From: Macrostomum lignano
Taxonomy: Eukaryota
Direction: 5' to 3'
DNA length: 64,000 nucleotides
Assembly: GCA_002269645.1 (NCBI GenBank)
Contig: NIVC01000901.1
Location: 62,001 to 126,000, forward strand
The notes under the pieces were generated by a model. The model was not told the DNA's origin. It was given only the letters and a program-made list of their open reading frames with translations, and did no database searches. A program made the translations under genes and the position numbers. Numbering within the stretch: position 1 is the stretch's first letter; the number at the start of each line of letters is the position of its first letter. Positions 17,065 to 30,115 of this stretch are shown in pieces.

Positions 17065-17360
17065 ACAATAAGAGAGAGAGGTAGACAGTAAGAGAGGGAT
17101 AGACAGTAAGAGAGAGAGATGGACAGTAAGAGAGAGAGGTAGACAGTAAGAGAGAGAGATAGACAGTAAGAGAGAGAGGTAGACAGTAAGAGAGAGAGGT
17201 AGACAGTAAGAGAGAAAGGTAGACAGTAAGAGAGAGAGGTAGACAGTAAGAGAGAGGTAGACAGTAAGAGAGAGGTAGACAGTAAGAGAGAGAGGTAGAC
17301 AGTAAGAGAGAGGTAGACAGTAAGAGAGAGAGGTAGACAGTAAGAAAGAGAGGTAGACAG
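17065..17360 (+). repeat. 18-20-bp minisatellite GACAGTAAGAGAGAGAGGTA
   Basis: Direct reading; abuts the telomere-like array. Confidence 0.92.
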
Positions 17361-17859
17361 CAATTCGAGTGTAAAACACATTTGACTATGTTGACGACTC
17401 ATTGATCTGTAAGTCAAAGCATGCGCAGGTTAGGGTCACAGGAAGTGTCGCAGAAACCCTCCTTGCGATACATGACGCAAAAGCTGCAACCACCCTCTAC
17501 CGCACCCCATTGTAAAAAATCTCTTTTAGTAGAATTAAGAATCAAGCGAACTTCCCATTGCGACAATATAACTGTGGGCTGTGTGGTTGCCGCAAACGGT
17601 CAAAGTTGACAGGCATAAGCCGAGCACTATTGGAGTTTGCTTACAGGCAGTCAATAGTCAGGGTTATAAAGACCGCGAAGAATGAAAGAGGTGCAGCGGT
17701 GTGTGTAGACCATTCCCAAGTGGAAACACCTGGCATGGCCCTTTAGTTCCCGTAGAACAGCGCTAAAATGTTTTGTTTTGCAAAAGGCAACGTTTTCTCT
17801 GTGAAATTTATGTGCAAGCAGAACAGAATAACAATCAACTCACTGACTTGTGCAGAAAT

Positions 17860-19370
17860 ATAGACCAGGTTGCAAATCTGCTTCCGGTTGATTCTAAAAT
17901 TGCAGTATAGATCAGGTTGCAAATCTGCTTCCGGTTGATTCTAAGATTGCAATTATAGATCAGGTTGCAAATCTGCTTCCGGTTGATTCTAAGATTGCAA
18001 TTATAGATCAGGTTGAAAATCTACTTCCAGTTGATTCTAAAATTGCAGTATAGATCAGGTTGCAAATCTAATTCCGGTTGATTCTAAGATTGCAATTATA
18101 GATCAGGTTTCAAATCTACTTCCGGTTGATTCTAAGATTGCAATTATAGATCAGGTTTCAAATCTGCTTCCGGTTGATTCTAAGATTGCAATTATAGATC
18201 AGGTTGCAAATCTGCTTCCGGTTGATTCTAAGATTGCAATTATAGATCAGGTTGCAAATGTGCTTCCGGTTGATTCTAAGATTGCAATTATAGATCAGGT
18301 TTCAAATCTGCTTCCGGTTGATTCTAAGATTGCAATTATAGATCAGGTTGCAAATCTGCTTCCGGTTGATTCTAAGATTGCAATTATAGATCAGGTTGCA
18401 AATCTGCTTCCGGTTGATTCTAAGATTGCAGTTATAGATCAGGTTGCAAATCTGCTTCCGGTTGATTCTAAGATTGCAATTATAGATCAGGTTGCAAATC
18501 TGTTTCCGGTTGATTCTAAGATTGCAATTATAGATCAGGTTGCAAATCTGCTTCCGGTTGATTCTAAGATTGCAATTATAGATCAGGTTGCAAATCTGCT
18601 TCCGGTTGATTCTAAGATTGCAATCATAGATCAGGTTGCAAATCTGCTTCCGGTTGATTCTAAGATTGCAATTATAGATCAGGTTGCAAATGTGCTTCCG
18701 GTTGATTCTAAGATTGCAATCATAGATCAGGTTGCAAATCTGCTTCCGGTTGATTCTAAGATTGCAATTATAGATCAGGTTGCAAATCTGCTTCCGGTTG
18801 ATTCTAAGATTGCAATCATAGATCAGGTTGCAAATGTGCTTCCGGTTGATTCTAAGATTGCAATCATAGATCAGGTTGCAAATGTGCTTCCGGTTGATTC
18901 TAAGATTGCAATCATAGATCAGGTTGCAAATCTGCTTCCGGTTGATTCTAAGATTACAATTATAGATCAGGTTGCAAATCTGCTTCCGGTTGATTCTAAG
19001 ATTGCAATTATAAATCAGTTTGCAAATCTGCTTCCGGTTGATTCTAAGATTGCAATTATAGATCAGGTTTCAAATCTACTTCCGGTTGATTCTAAGATTG
19101 CAATTATAGATCAGGTTTCAAATCTACTTCCGGTTGATTCTAAGATTGCAATTATAGATCAGGTTTCAAATCTACTTCCGGTTGATTCTAAGATTGCAAT
19201 TATAGATCAGGTTGCAAATGTGCTTCTGGTTGATTCTAAGATTGCAATTATAGATCAGGTTTCAAATCTGCTTCCGGTTGATTCTAAGATTGCAATTATA
19301 GATCAGGTTTCAAATCTACTTCCGGTTGATTCTAAGATTGCAATCATAGATCAGGTTGCAAATCTGCTTA
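17860..19370 (+). repeat. 48-bp minisatellite ATAGATCAGGTTGCAAATCTGCTTCCGGTTGATTCTAAGATTGCAATT, about 31 copies
   Basis: Direct reading; one frame is open and gives a 16-aa repeat. Confidence 0.95.
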
Positions 19371-20154
19371 CTGCAAAAATTCCGCATAATTTGTGATTGA
19401 ACCTAATACATAAACATAATTTCGTTCGCAGGGATGTCGTAAATGTTTAACAGTCTGTTTCCAGTTGGATTTGGCGGCAAGATCAAACGCGCGAATTAGG
19501 TTGACTAATTTATAGAAAGGGAACTAATAAGCTTACGCACCCTGATCTGCTAGATTGCACTCTCATTATACGACCACGGCGACACGGAAGTAAACCAGGT
19601 GAGCATAAGGATATAATAACATTTATGTATTTATGTATAAAATTCATGCTGCTCTGCCAAGAGACTAAACTGACGATAGTGTAGATACTGCAATGCAGGT
19701 TGAAGTGAGTTTATGGCGTGACCTTGACTGAACTCACCGGTGTTATGGTTTAGAATCTTCGGAGCTCAGGCTAGTTTTGGATCGCCAACCGGAGACTTTA
19801 AAGGGTTTAAGATCACTTTCGGAGACTACAAACGGCTATGGGTCTCCGAGATCCCGAGATCCTAAACCCGATCTGTTGTCGCCTCGGAGATCTCCGTCAC
19901 TAGTGCAAAAACCAAGTTTTAATTTTGTTTTATTAAGTTGAAAATTATTATCTTTTTATTGTGTATAGTTAACTTCTCCTAACAATTTAACAATGTTCAT
20001 TGAAGCATACATGTAAATGGTTGGTAAAAATCGCTAAAAACGTCAATAACTTTGTTCATTTGAATTGACATTTTCCACATGAGAAAATAAAGTTCTTCAC
20101 TGTAGCTGGTACATTTCGCGGCCGTCATGCATCAGATCAGGGAAAAATAACTCG

Positions 20155-20440
20155 ATCGTACAGGGCCTCGGTCCCGACGCTCTCGTCAGGTCGAAAGGCC
20201 GCACGGAGCAACCCTGAGTCCAACTGCCGCTCCAGCACAGCCGTCAGCGTCCACGTCTCGGCGTTGTAGAGCAGGACGGTTTCGACCACCGCCTGCCACA
20301 GCCGAGCCCTCTGGCGGGGCAGCGCTTCGGACTGGAGGACGGCCCGGATCGAATGGAAGGCCGCCCAGTCAAGTCCTCTGCGCGACGCCGGAGGCCCTCC
20401 TCCATACGGGGCACCAGACCGCCGAGGTAGGTGAACCGTT
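20155..20440 (-). mobile_element. Fragment of an RTE-like non-LTR retrotransposon (region C-terminal to RT)
   Basis: WAAFHSIRAVL...RARLWQAVVETVLLYNAETWTL...ERQLDSGLLRAA resembles the post-RT motif VLLYGxETW of RTE-clade LINEs; no RT core is present. Confidence 0.65.
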
Positions 20441-21905
20441 GTCAATCCATAATTCCGCATACAGTTCCAATAAAAAACTGGAGATTCCCTCCAATTCCAA
20501 GTAAGAAAATCGCAAATTGACTTGACTGTCGCGTGCAAATCATTCGACTTGTGTACAGAGAGACGAAAAATGATGCACAAGTCTGACCATGCAACCCTAA
20601 ATTTAGCCCTACTTGATTGATGGCTGTATGAGCATACAAGGCATGGGAATGTACTATGTACTATTAGATAGATAAGCTTTTAAGCTGCGCTAGAAGTAAG
20701 CTTCTAAGATAAAACACTCCGAAGAGTCTAGGATGCGGCGATCTCTAACCTTATCTTATTTCGTGGTTGCTGATATCCGTGCAGGCGATCGTAAAATCCC
20801 GTAATTTTCCGTGTTGGATCTCCGGGCCGGAGATCTTGACTCCAGAGAACAGAAACCCTAACACAGAGATCTGTGCCCCCGCCCGCTCTCCTGGTGCAGA
20901 ATCTCCGGGTGTCCAGACATGTCCAGACGGGGGGGCAGGTTCAAGCGGTTGAAAGGTGCGCGAGCGAGGGGCCAGGGTTCCCGGGAGCGACGGCAGAAAC
21001 TTGTAAGCGCGGAGTGACGCCAGCTAGAACGCACAATGCGATGAGGCGTGGTTCCTAGGGCGGCCAGACTCGCCGGGTGGATGACCGGCTGGCGAAGGGC
21101 GCGCGCTCGAGGCTGGTGACGATCGGGCGGTTGCTGGTGGTGCGGTATAGGTAGAGAAGCCCACTTCCGCGTGCACGGAGGAGCATGCGATTGCGGCCTA
21201 GAACCCGGCGGGTGACCTCCGTCGTCACATGTCTGGAGAAAGACAGGACGCGGTCCAGACAGATTAGCGTTGAAGGGCATTCGGCAATTATCTATGACAA
21301 CAGACGGTTGCAAGGCAGCTTCCTGACTCGCGATGGAGAAGAAGCCACTTCGATTGTTAGCAGCATCTTGCGGGAGTTTCTCTAGTCGGCGACCGCCGAC
21401 ACGGCGTTTTGAAGCTTGCGGGCAGCGTTGGCCTTGTCCGTGTGCTGTGCCAAGAGGGCAACCTCGTCTCAATTACTATATTCATGTTGTTGATGTCATT
21501 GATGTCGAGTAGGAAGAGGATCTGGGGCCAGGACGCGCACCCTGGCGCAGCTACTGTACACAGTCCGATTTTACAATAAGTTTCACTTACTAAGATAGAA
21601 TTCTAATAATTATACGAGCGTATTTAGTGGGCATCTCGTCAAATGACCCAATCTCTGGGGTTCATAGTGAAGTCGAGCATCGTTTCCACTTTTGAATGCC
21701 TTTCATCTGTTCTCATTTGCTTTAAAACGCATATCGTCTCTGATTTCGAACAAGTGCAAAGCTTCAATATTAGATTTGTTTTCTTTTAAAAAACTCGATA
21801 TTAACCGATATTAAATTGGGAGTCCTTTATACTCTCCGATTATTAGGCGTGCACTGAACGTGGCTCTGGAAACTCAAGCACTTCTTTGTAAGACATGACT
21901 GCCAC

Positions 21906-22420
21906 TGCAAGCCTCCCAGATCCTCAGTTGCTGGGCCAGCCTCCCACATCCTCAGTTGCTGGGCCAGCCTCCCAGATCCTCAGTTGCTGGGCCAGCCTCC
22001 CACATCCTCAGTTGCTGGGCCAGCCTCCCAGATCCTCAGTTGCTGGTCAGCCGCCTCCCAGATCCTCAGCTGCTGGGTCAGCCTCCCAGATCCTCCTTTG
22101 CTGGGCCAGCCTCCTAGATCCTCAGTTGCTGGGTCAGCCGCCTCCCAGATCCTCATTTGCTGGGCCAGCCTCCCAGATTCTCAGTTTCTGGGCCAGCCTC
22201 CCAGATCCTCAGTTGCTGGGCCAGCCTCCCAAATCCTCAGTTGCTGCTCCAGCCTACCAGATCCTCAGTTGCTGGGCCAGCCTCCCAGATCTTCAGTTGC
22301 TGCTTCAGCCTACCAGATCCTCAGTTGCTGGGCCAGCCTCCCAAATCCTCAATTGCTGGGCCAGCCTCTCAGATCCTCAATTGCTGGGCCAGCCTCAGCT
22401 CCTCAGTTGCTGGGCCACCA
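21906..22420 (+). repeat. 28-bp minisatellite GCTGGGCCAGCCTCCCAGATCCTCAGTT, array 1 (forward)
   Basis: Direct reading. Confidence 0.95.
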
Positions 22421-23195
22421 GATGCAGGTAAGCTGCATGCAAGGCCTAATAACCACAGCCAATTAAAAAGCGAATTGAACCCATTTGGCCTTTCTGCAGT
22501 AAGCTGGAAACTGAGGGGCCAACGCTGCAGCAGACAGACATGCAGTTTCCCTGCTGTCCTGTCTACTTTGCATCGCATTCATCTCCAAGTTACATCAACG
22601 CGCGTTTGCAATCATCTTAGCGACTATTTCTGTCACGTAAGGCGGCGAGGCCACGGTGGCAGACAGCTGATCATTTTCGCTAATTCGACCGGCTTAGCTC
22701 GATCTTTCAAGGAAACACCGACTGGATGTTTTTTATTTTTTGTTTCAGAACCTCTTCTTTTTTTAACAAACAGTTGCTTCAATTCATTATTTTTTATCTT
22801 GCAAGCTTAGTTTTCTGAATTGCGCATGCACTGCATTCTGTCTGCGCGACCTTGCAGAGACATTTTCCTTTCTTTTTAAATGTCGAATTTATTTTTTCCA
22901 GAAGCCGAAGAGACGCAAACGACCGGTAGATTGTCAAAACTAAATCTAAAATAAAAGTACACCATCAATACCATGCTCTGGTTCACTATATGGCCACCGC
23001 AGTAATCGAGACAGATCGTGACTAAATCGTTGTTTTACGTGCATTATTCTGAGAACTGCTGAAAATGGCGCCAACTCTAACCCTTAGAAAATTAACTTCA
23101 TTTTTATCGCTCCGTGCAGCCTTTGCAGTCATACAGCTGTGCACTGTACGAGAATCTGCTTTTGACACTATATTCATTTACGTATATTCAAGGCG

Positions 23196-24290
23196 CCAAA
23201 ACAAGACCTGATGGCGAAAAATTGAGATCGAATGGCGCCAAAGACACGACGGCGACAAAGTAAAATCCAATTGAGCCAGACAAAATGGCGACAAAGTAAG
23301 ATCCAATGGCGCTAAAGACACAATGGCGACAAAGATCTAATGGCGCCAAAGACACAATGGCGAAAAAGTAAGATCCAATGGCGCCAAAGACACAATGGCG
23401 AAAAAGTAAGATCCAATGGCGCCAAAGACACAATGGCGACAAAGTAAGATCCAATGGCGCCAAAGACCCAATGGCGACAAAGTAAGATCCAATGGTGCCA
23501 AAGACACAACGGCGACAAAGACACAATGGCGCCAAAGACACAATGGCGACAAAGTAAGACCCAATGGCGCCAAAGACACAACGGCGACAAAGTAAGATTC
23601 AATGGCGCCAAAGACCCAATGGCGACAAAGTAAGATCCAATGGCGCCAAAGACACAATGGCGACAAAGTAAGACCCAATGGCGCCAAAGACACAATGGCG
23701 ACAAAGTAAGATCCAATGGCGCCAAAGACACAATGGCGACAAAGTAAGACCCAATGGCGCCAAAGACACAATGACGACAAAGTAAGATCCAATGGCGCCA
23801 AAGACACAATGGCGACAAAGTAAGATCCAATGGCGCCAAAGACACAATGACGACAAAGTAAGATCCAATGGCGCCAAAGACCCAATGGCGACAAAGTAAG
23901 ATCCAATGGCGCCAAAGACACAACGACGACAAAGACACAATGGCGCCAAAGACACAATGGCGCCAAAGACACAATGGCGACAAAGTAAGATCCAATGGCA
24001 CCAAAGACCCAATGGCGACAAAGTAAGATCCAATGGCGCCAAAGACACAATGGCGACAAAGTAAGATCCAATGGCGCCAAAGACACAATGGCGCCAAAGT
24101 AAGATCGAATGGCGCCAAAGACACAAAGGCGACAAAGTAAGATCCAATGGCGCCAAAGACACAATGGCGACAAAGTAAGATCCAATGGCGCCAAGGACCC
24201 AACGGCGACAAAGTAAGATCCAATGGCGCCAAAGACCCAATGGCGCCAAAGACACAATGACGACAAAGTAAGATGCCAAAGACCCGATGG
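23196..24290 (+). repeat. 38-bp dimeric minisatellite CAATGGCGCCAAAGACACAATGGCGACAAAGTAAGATC
   Basis: Direct reading; unit consists of two related CAATGGCG(C/A)CAAAG halves. Confidence 0.95.
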
Positions 24291-24941
24291 TGACAAACTA
24301 GGATGTCCATGCAGTACTTATAACATAAAAGTACACAATGTACCACACGCTGATGATGAGGTGATAACGTCGAAAATTCAAGCCAGAAGAGGTGGCGAAA
24401 TTGTTCTAAAAAAGGTTAAAAGCCATCCCCAGGACCCGATTCAACTAGCAACCCATGCGACTGGAATCTCTTTGAGGAAAATCCAATTGGCCCAAGCAAC
24501 TGGGCACGGCTCTACGCCTGATTGCAGCCCTGATGGGGGATTAGGAAGCATATATCCCATCGCTCCACTAGAATCCAGATGGGAAAACCCGGGACCGACC
24601 CGATGAGCCGAGCTAGAAATCGCGCGGGGAGAAGCCGAGACAGAGGAAGATCGGGGATCAAAGCCTGGTAGTATTAACTAATATATGATGGCAAATAGTT
24701 CACTGTATAATAATAAAATAATGCATATGAACTACGAGCGTATAACTAGCAATATTCAATCTTCCGGTTCTATAGTCGAAAGTCTTTTATTATGGCGGCA
24801 AATACGGAACCCACACTGCACTTGACTGCACCCCGAATACTCGCTAGAATTGATGAAGAATAGATGCGTGCGAGTGAGACAGTAGAGATGCCAAAGAGAG
24901 GAAAAGGTCAAAGATGAGATTGAGGACCTAGTAGGGTGGCA

Positions 24942-26524
24942 TTGGCCCAGCAACTGAGGATCTGGGAGGCTGGCCCAGCAACTGAGGATCTGGGAGGCTG
25001 GCCCAGCAACTGAGGATCTGGGAGGCTGGCACAGCAATTGAGGATCTGGGAGGCTGGCACAGCAATTGAGGATCTGGGAGGCTGGCACAGCAATTGAGGA
25101 TCTGGGAGGCTGGCACAGCAATTGAGGATCTGGGAGGCTGGCACAGCAATTGAGGATCTGGGAGGCTGGCACAGCAATTGAGGATCTGGGAGGCTGGCTT
25201 AGCAACTGAGAATCTGGGAGGCTGGCTTAGCAACTGAGGATCTGGGAGGCTGGCCCAGCAACTGAGGATCTGGGAGGCTGGCTTAGCAACTGAGGATCTG
25301 GGAGGCTGGCTTAGCAACTGAGGATCTGGGAGGCTGGCCCAGCAACTGAGGATCTGGGAGGCTGGCATAGCAACTGAGGATCTGGGAGGCTGGCCCAGCA
25401 ACTGAGGATCTGGGAGGCTGGCCCAGAAACTGAGGATCTGGGAGGCTGGCCCAGCAACTGAGGATCTGGGAGGCTGGCACAGCAATTGAGGATCTGGGAG
25501 GCTGGCACAGCAATTGAGGATCTGGGAGGCTGGCTTAGCAACTGAGGATCTGGGAGGCTGGCTTAGCAACTGAGGATCTGGGAGGCTGGCTTAGCAACTG
25601 AGGATCTGGGAGGCTGGCCCAGCAACTGAGGATCTGGGAGGCTGGCTTAGCAACTGAGGATCTGGGAGGCTGGCTTAGCAACTGACACTCTGGGAGGCTG
25701 GCCCAGCAACTGAGGATCTGGGAGGCTGGCCCAGCAACTGAGGATCTGGGAGGCTGGCCCAGCAACTGAGGATCTGGGAGGCTGGCCCAGCAACTGAGGA
25801 TCTGGGAGGCTGGCTTAGCAACTGAGGATCTGGGAGGCTGGCCCAGCAACTGAGGATCTGGGAGGCTGGCCCAGCAACTGAGGATCTGGGAGGCTGGCCC
25901 AGCAACTGAGGATCTGGGAGGCTGGCACAGCAATTGAGGATCTGGGAGGCTGGCACAGCAATTGAGGATCTGGGAGGCTGGCACAGCAATTGAGGATCTG
26001 GGAGGCTGGCACAGCAATTGAGGATCTGGGAGGCTGGCACAGCAATTGAGGATCTGGGAGGCTGGCACAGCAATTGAGGATCTGGGAGGCTGGCCTGCAA
26101 CTGAGAATCTGGGAGGCTGGCTTAGCAACTGAGGATCTGGGAGGCTGGCCCAGCAACTGAGGATCTGGGAGGCTGGCTTAGCAACTGAGGATCTGGGAGG
26201 CTGGCTTAGCAACTGACACTCTGGGAGGCTGGCCCAGCAACTGAGGATCTGGGAGGCTGGCCCAGCAACTGAGGATCTGGGAGGCTGGCCCAGCAACTGA
26301 GGATCTGGGAGGCTGGCCCAGAAACTGAGGATCTGGGAGGCTGGCCCAGCAACTGAGGATCTGGGAGGCTGGCACAGCAATTGAGGATCTGGGAGGCTGG
26401 CACAGCAATTGAGGATCTGGGAGGCTGGCACAGCAATTGAGGATCTGGGAGGCTGGCCTGCAACTGAGAATCTGGGAGGCTGGCCCAGCAACTGCATGAG
26501 GATCTGGGAGGATGGCACAGCAAC
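24942..26524 (-). repeat. 28-bp minisatellite, array 2 (reverse complement of array 1)
   Basis: Unit AACTGAGGATCTGGGAGGCTGGCCCAGC on the plus strand. Confidence 0.96.
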
Positions 26525-27817
26525 TGGGGGTGTATACAGAGTGCTGATGGAGTTACGGAAATTATTCTGCACTCTATGGAACACACAATCGCTCAGATAA
26601 AAGAAATCAGACCAGAAGATTAAAGGCAGCTTCACAAAAATCAATTACAGAATTTCATGTTTACAAAACACACCTGCATTTTTATTCTAACAAAACCCGC
26701 TGGCCGAGCTGAACAAAGTCAGGCATAACTGTCCACTAAGAAAGAGTAGCAGACAATATTACGATTCATAGCAAACATAATAGAGTAAAATGTTACAATA
26801 AAAATGACACACAAAGTTATGAAAACATGCAGGTATTTAAAAAACTGCTACATATCGTGATTGATTTTATTACAATAGAAAACTCATGCTTATTAAACAG
26901 TGCTTAAAGACATACAAGGCAAATGCAGCAGAATTATTAGAACAAGAAATTCCCCCCTCCCAGTCAATTGAAGCGCTCGAGTGTGCGCTTCAGGAAATTG
27001 AAGGCAATTTGTTGGAACTTTTACTCTTCCAGAATCCTTCCTTCTTCTTCATCATTATTAGCGGGAGTACCTGGATTTGCGCACAGACTGGGCTGCGCTG
27101 GCAATTACCGTGGAAAAAAATTTCCTCTGGTAAAAATCTCTTCTCAATCTTCTCCAAAAAAGCAGATCGGCTCGGCCTTGAAGCCAGTTCTCCAGTCTTT
27201 CAATCTAGACTAGAAAATTGCGACAAATTGCCAGAGACAGAGAAATTCGAGTGGCCAGCAGAAGCGACAAGACAAGACTTGAAGCACTTTTGCATTTCTA
27301 AAGACGAGAGAGCACAAGATTTTCTACGCAGTTAAGCGCGAGAAGAGAAATTTAAACAACAAAGCAAATCATACTACTTGTAGCAGCAGAAATTGAATTT
27401 TATAATATTTTTCTGCAAGGGATTTTAAGACTAAGACGAGATGTTGTCAATCGAAAAAATCCTATTTTAGAGAACAAGCGTGCAGTGGACAGAAGTCAAG
27501 CCTAAGAGCGACTGGCGATTTCCTTCTTTCTCTGATCTTTACAACATCGAAAACCTACATGTATAGAATGCTTTTCTCAGGATGTGTTGCTCGATTTCAA
27601 GACATTGCATCGGCATGAACACTTGTCGGACTTACAGGACTAAACATTTCGTTCCTTTGCAGTCTTACCTAAAAAGCTAACTAGCAAAAATATTTTTTTT
27701 CTCTTACGAGTATACACTGTTAACTACTCTTAGTAGAACCACATAGAAATAAAGAGAGCGAATGAAGCAACACAGGAAAACTGATGCGTGTCTTTTTAAA
27801 AAAAACAATAGTTGCAG

Positions 27818-28640
27818 CGGCCCAGCAACTGAGGAGCTGGGACGCTGGCCCAGCAACTGAGGATCTGGGAGGCTGGCCTAGCAACTGAGGATCTGGGAGG
27901 CTGGCCTAGCAACTGAGGATCTGGGACGCTGGCCCAGCAACTGAGGATCTGGGAGGCTGGCCTAGCAACTGAGGATCTGGGAGGCTGGCCCAGCAACTGA
28001 GGATCTGGGAGGCTGGCCCCAGCAACTGAGGATCTGGGAGGCTGGGCCAGCAACTGAGGATCTGGTAGGCTGGCCCAGCAACTGAGGATCTGGGAGGCTG
28101 GCCCAGCAACTGAGGATCTGGGAGGCTGGCCCAGCAACTGAGGATCTGGGAGGCTGGCCCAGCAACTGAGGATCTGGGAGGCTGGCCCAGCAACTGAGGA
28201 TCTGGGAGGCTGGCCCAGCAACTGAGGATCTGGGAGGCTGGCCCAGAACTGGGGATCTGGGAGGCTGGCTCAGCAACTGAGGATCTGGGAGGCTGGCCCA
28301 GCAACTGAGGATCTGGTAGGCTGGCCCAGCAACTGAGGATCTGGGAGGCTGGCCCAGCAACTGAGGATCTGGAAGGCTGGCCCAGCAACTGAGGATCTGG
28401 GAGGCTGGCCCAGCAACTGAGGATCTGGGAGGCTGGCCCAGAACTGGGGATCTGGGAGGCTGGCTTAGCAACTGAGGATCTGGGAGGCTGGCCCAGCAAC
28501 TGAGGATCTGGTAGGCTGGCCCAGCAACTGAGGATCTGGGAGGCTGGCCCAGCAACTGAGGATCTGGGAGGCTGGCACAGGAACTGCGCGAGGATTTTGG
28601 AGGCTGGCCCAGCAACTGAGGATTTGGGAGGCTGGCCCAG
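27818..28640 (-). repeat. 28-bp minisatellite, array 3 (same orientation as array 2)
   Basis: Direct reading; ends about 110 bp from the ALKBH3-like stop codon. Confidence 0.96.
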
Positions 28641-28750
28641 CCGCTCGCTGTCATTTTGATAGAATCACGCCTGTCAGCAACACCCCCACCCACTCTATCA
28701 TCGCGCCAGCTCTCTCGCTTTGCATCCCAGACAGACAACAATCGGCCAGT

Positions 28751-29114
28751 TCATTTCCCAGTCCGTTTCGAACCGCCCGACCCGGTCACAATGGTGCGGA
28801 AAGTGAGATTAATCCTGGGTCCGCAACTGGCGGACTGCCGGCCGATCCTGTGCTGCCAGTCCTTCTGGATGGAGCCGCAGGTGTACAGCAGAGAGCCGGC
28901 AGACAGGGGCACGTGGACGGAGCGGAATCCTTGAATCTGTTGGCCGAAGACCACTCCGCCGATGCCGCCGCCACCGCCGAAGCCCTGCTGAGCGACGTCA
29001 AATCGGCGCAACTCAAAGAGTCGACTGGCGCCGAAACTGACGCTGGCGATGGCCGGATTCGAACCCATCTCGCGTTCGTTGTCGGAGTGCCACGGCATCG
29101 AGTCGTTGTGGTCT
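28751..29114 (-). CDS. ALKBH3-like: C2H2 zinc finger-ALKBH3-like fusion protein, exon 3 (catalytic 2OG-Fe(II) core)
   Basis: ctcag|A acceptor; DHNDSMPWHSDNEREMGSNPAIASVSFGASRLFELRR...WQHRI...RINLTFRT gives the HxD...H triad and R-x5-R motif of the AlkB family; TGA at 28751-28753. The three exons sum to 1404 nt = 467 aa plus stop. Confidence 0.92.
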
Positions 29115-29119
29115 CTGAG

Positions 29120-30062
29120 GTGTGTTTATCAGGGTGTTTATCAGAGACTAGCGAGTTTTGGGGTGTTTATCAGAGACTAGCTAGTTTTGGGGTGTTTATC
29201 AGGGATTATCGAGTCAGGTGTTTATCTGGGATTATCGAGTTTTGGAGTGTTTATTGGGGATTAATGAATTTTGAGGTGTTAATCTGGGATTAGCGAGTTT
29301 TGGAGGTGTTTTTCTGGGATTAGCGAGTTTTGGGGGGTGTTTATCTGGGATTAGCGAGTTTTGGAGTGTTTATTGGGGATTAATGAGCTTTGAGGTGTTT
29401 ATCTAGGATTAGCGAGTTTGGAGGTGTTTATCTAGGACTAGCGAGTTTTGGAGGGTGTTTATCTGGGATTAGCGAGTTTTGGGGTGTTTTTCTGGGATTA
29501 GCGAGTTTTGGAGAGTTTATTGGGGATTAATGAGTTTTGAGGTGTTTATTGGGAATTAATGAGTTTTGAGGTGTTTATCTGGGATTAGCGAGTTTTGGAG
29601 GTGTTTATCTAGGACTAGCGAGTTTTGGGGGGTGTTTATCTGGGATTAGCGAGTTTTGGAGTGTTTATTGGGGATTAATGAGTTTTGAGGTGTTTATTGG
29701 GAATTAATGAGCTTTGAGGTGTTTATCTAGGATTAGCGAGTTTGGAGGTGTTTATCTAGGACTAGCGAGTTTTGGAGGGTGTTTATCTGGGATTAGCGAG
29801 TTTTGGGGTGTTTTTCTGGGATTAGCGAGTTTTGGAGAGTTTATTGGGGATTAATGAGTTTTGAGGTGTTTATTGGGAATTAATGAGTTTTGAGGTGTTT
29901 ATCTGGGATTAGCGAGTTTTGGAGGTGTTTATCTAGGACTAGCGAGTTTTGGGGGGTGTTTATCTGGGATTAGCGAGTTTTGGGGTGTTTTTCTGGGATA
30001 AGCGAGTTTTGGGGGTGTTTATCTGGGATTAGCGAGTTTTGGGGGGTGTTTATCTGGGATTA
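29120..30062 (+). repeat. About 29-30-bp minisatellite GTGTTTATCTGGGATTAGCGAGTTTTGGAG filling intron 2 of the ALKBH3-like gene
   Basis: Direct reading. Confidence 0.93.
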
Positions 30063-30115
30063 TCAGCGCTGTTTGAGGAACGATGTAGTTAGCCACCCTG
30101 TCTCCTCATACTCAC

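Noticed and set aside
27561-27580. 20-nt GT-AG micro-intron that would join two short open frames
   Set aside because: Far shorter than every other intron here (smallest supported is 100 nt); likely coincidence.
21895-28741. Many ORFs with QPPRSSVAGPASQILSCWASLPD or WRHCVFGAIGSY repeats
   Set aside because: Units of 28 and 38 bp are not multiples of three and cycle through all frames, as expected for non-coding minisatellites.
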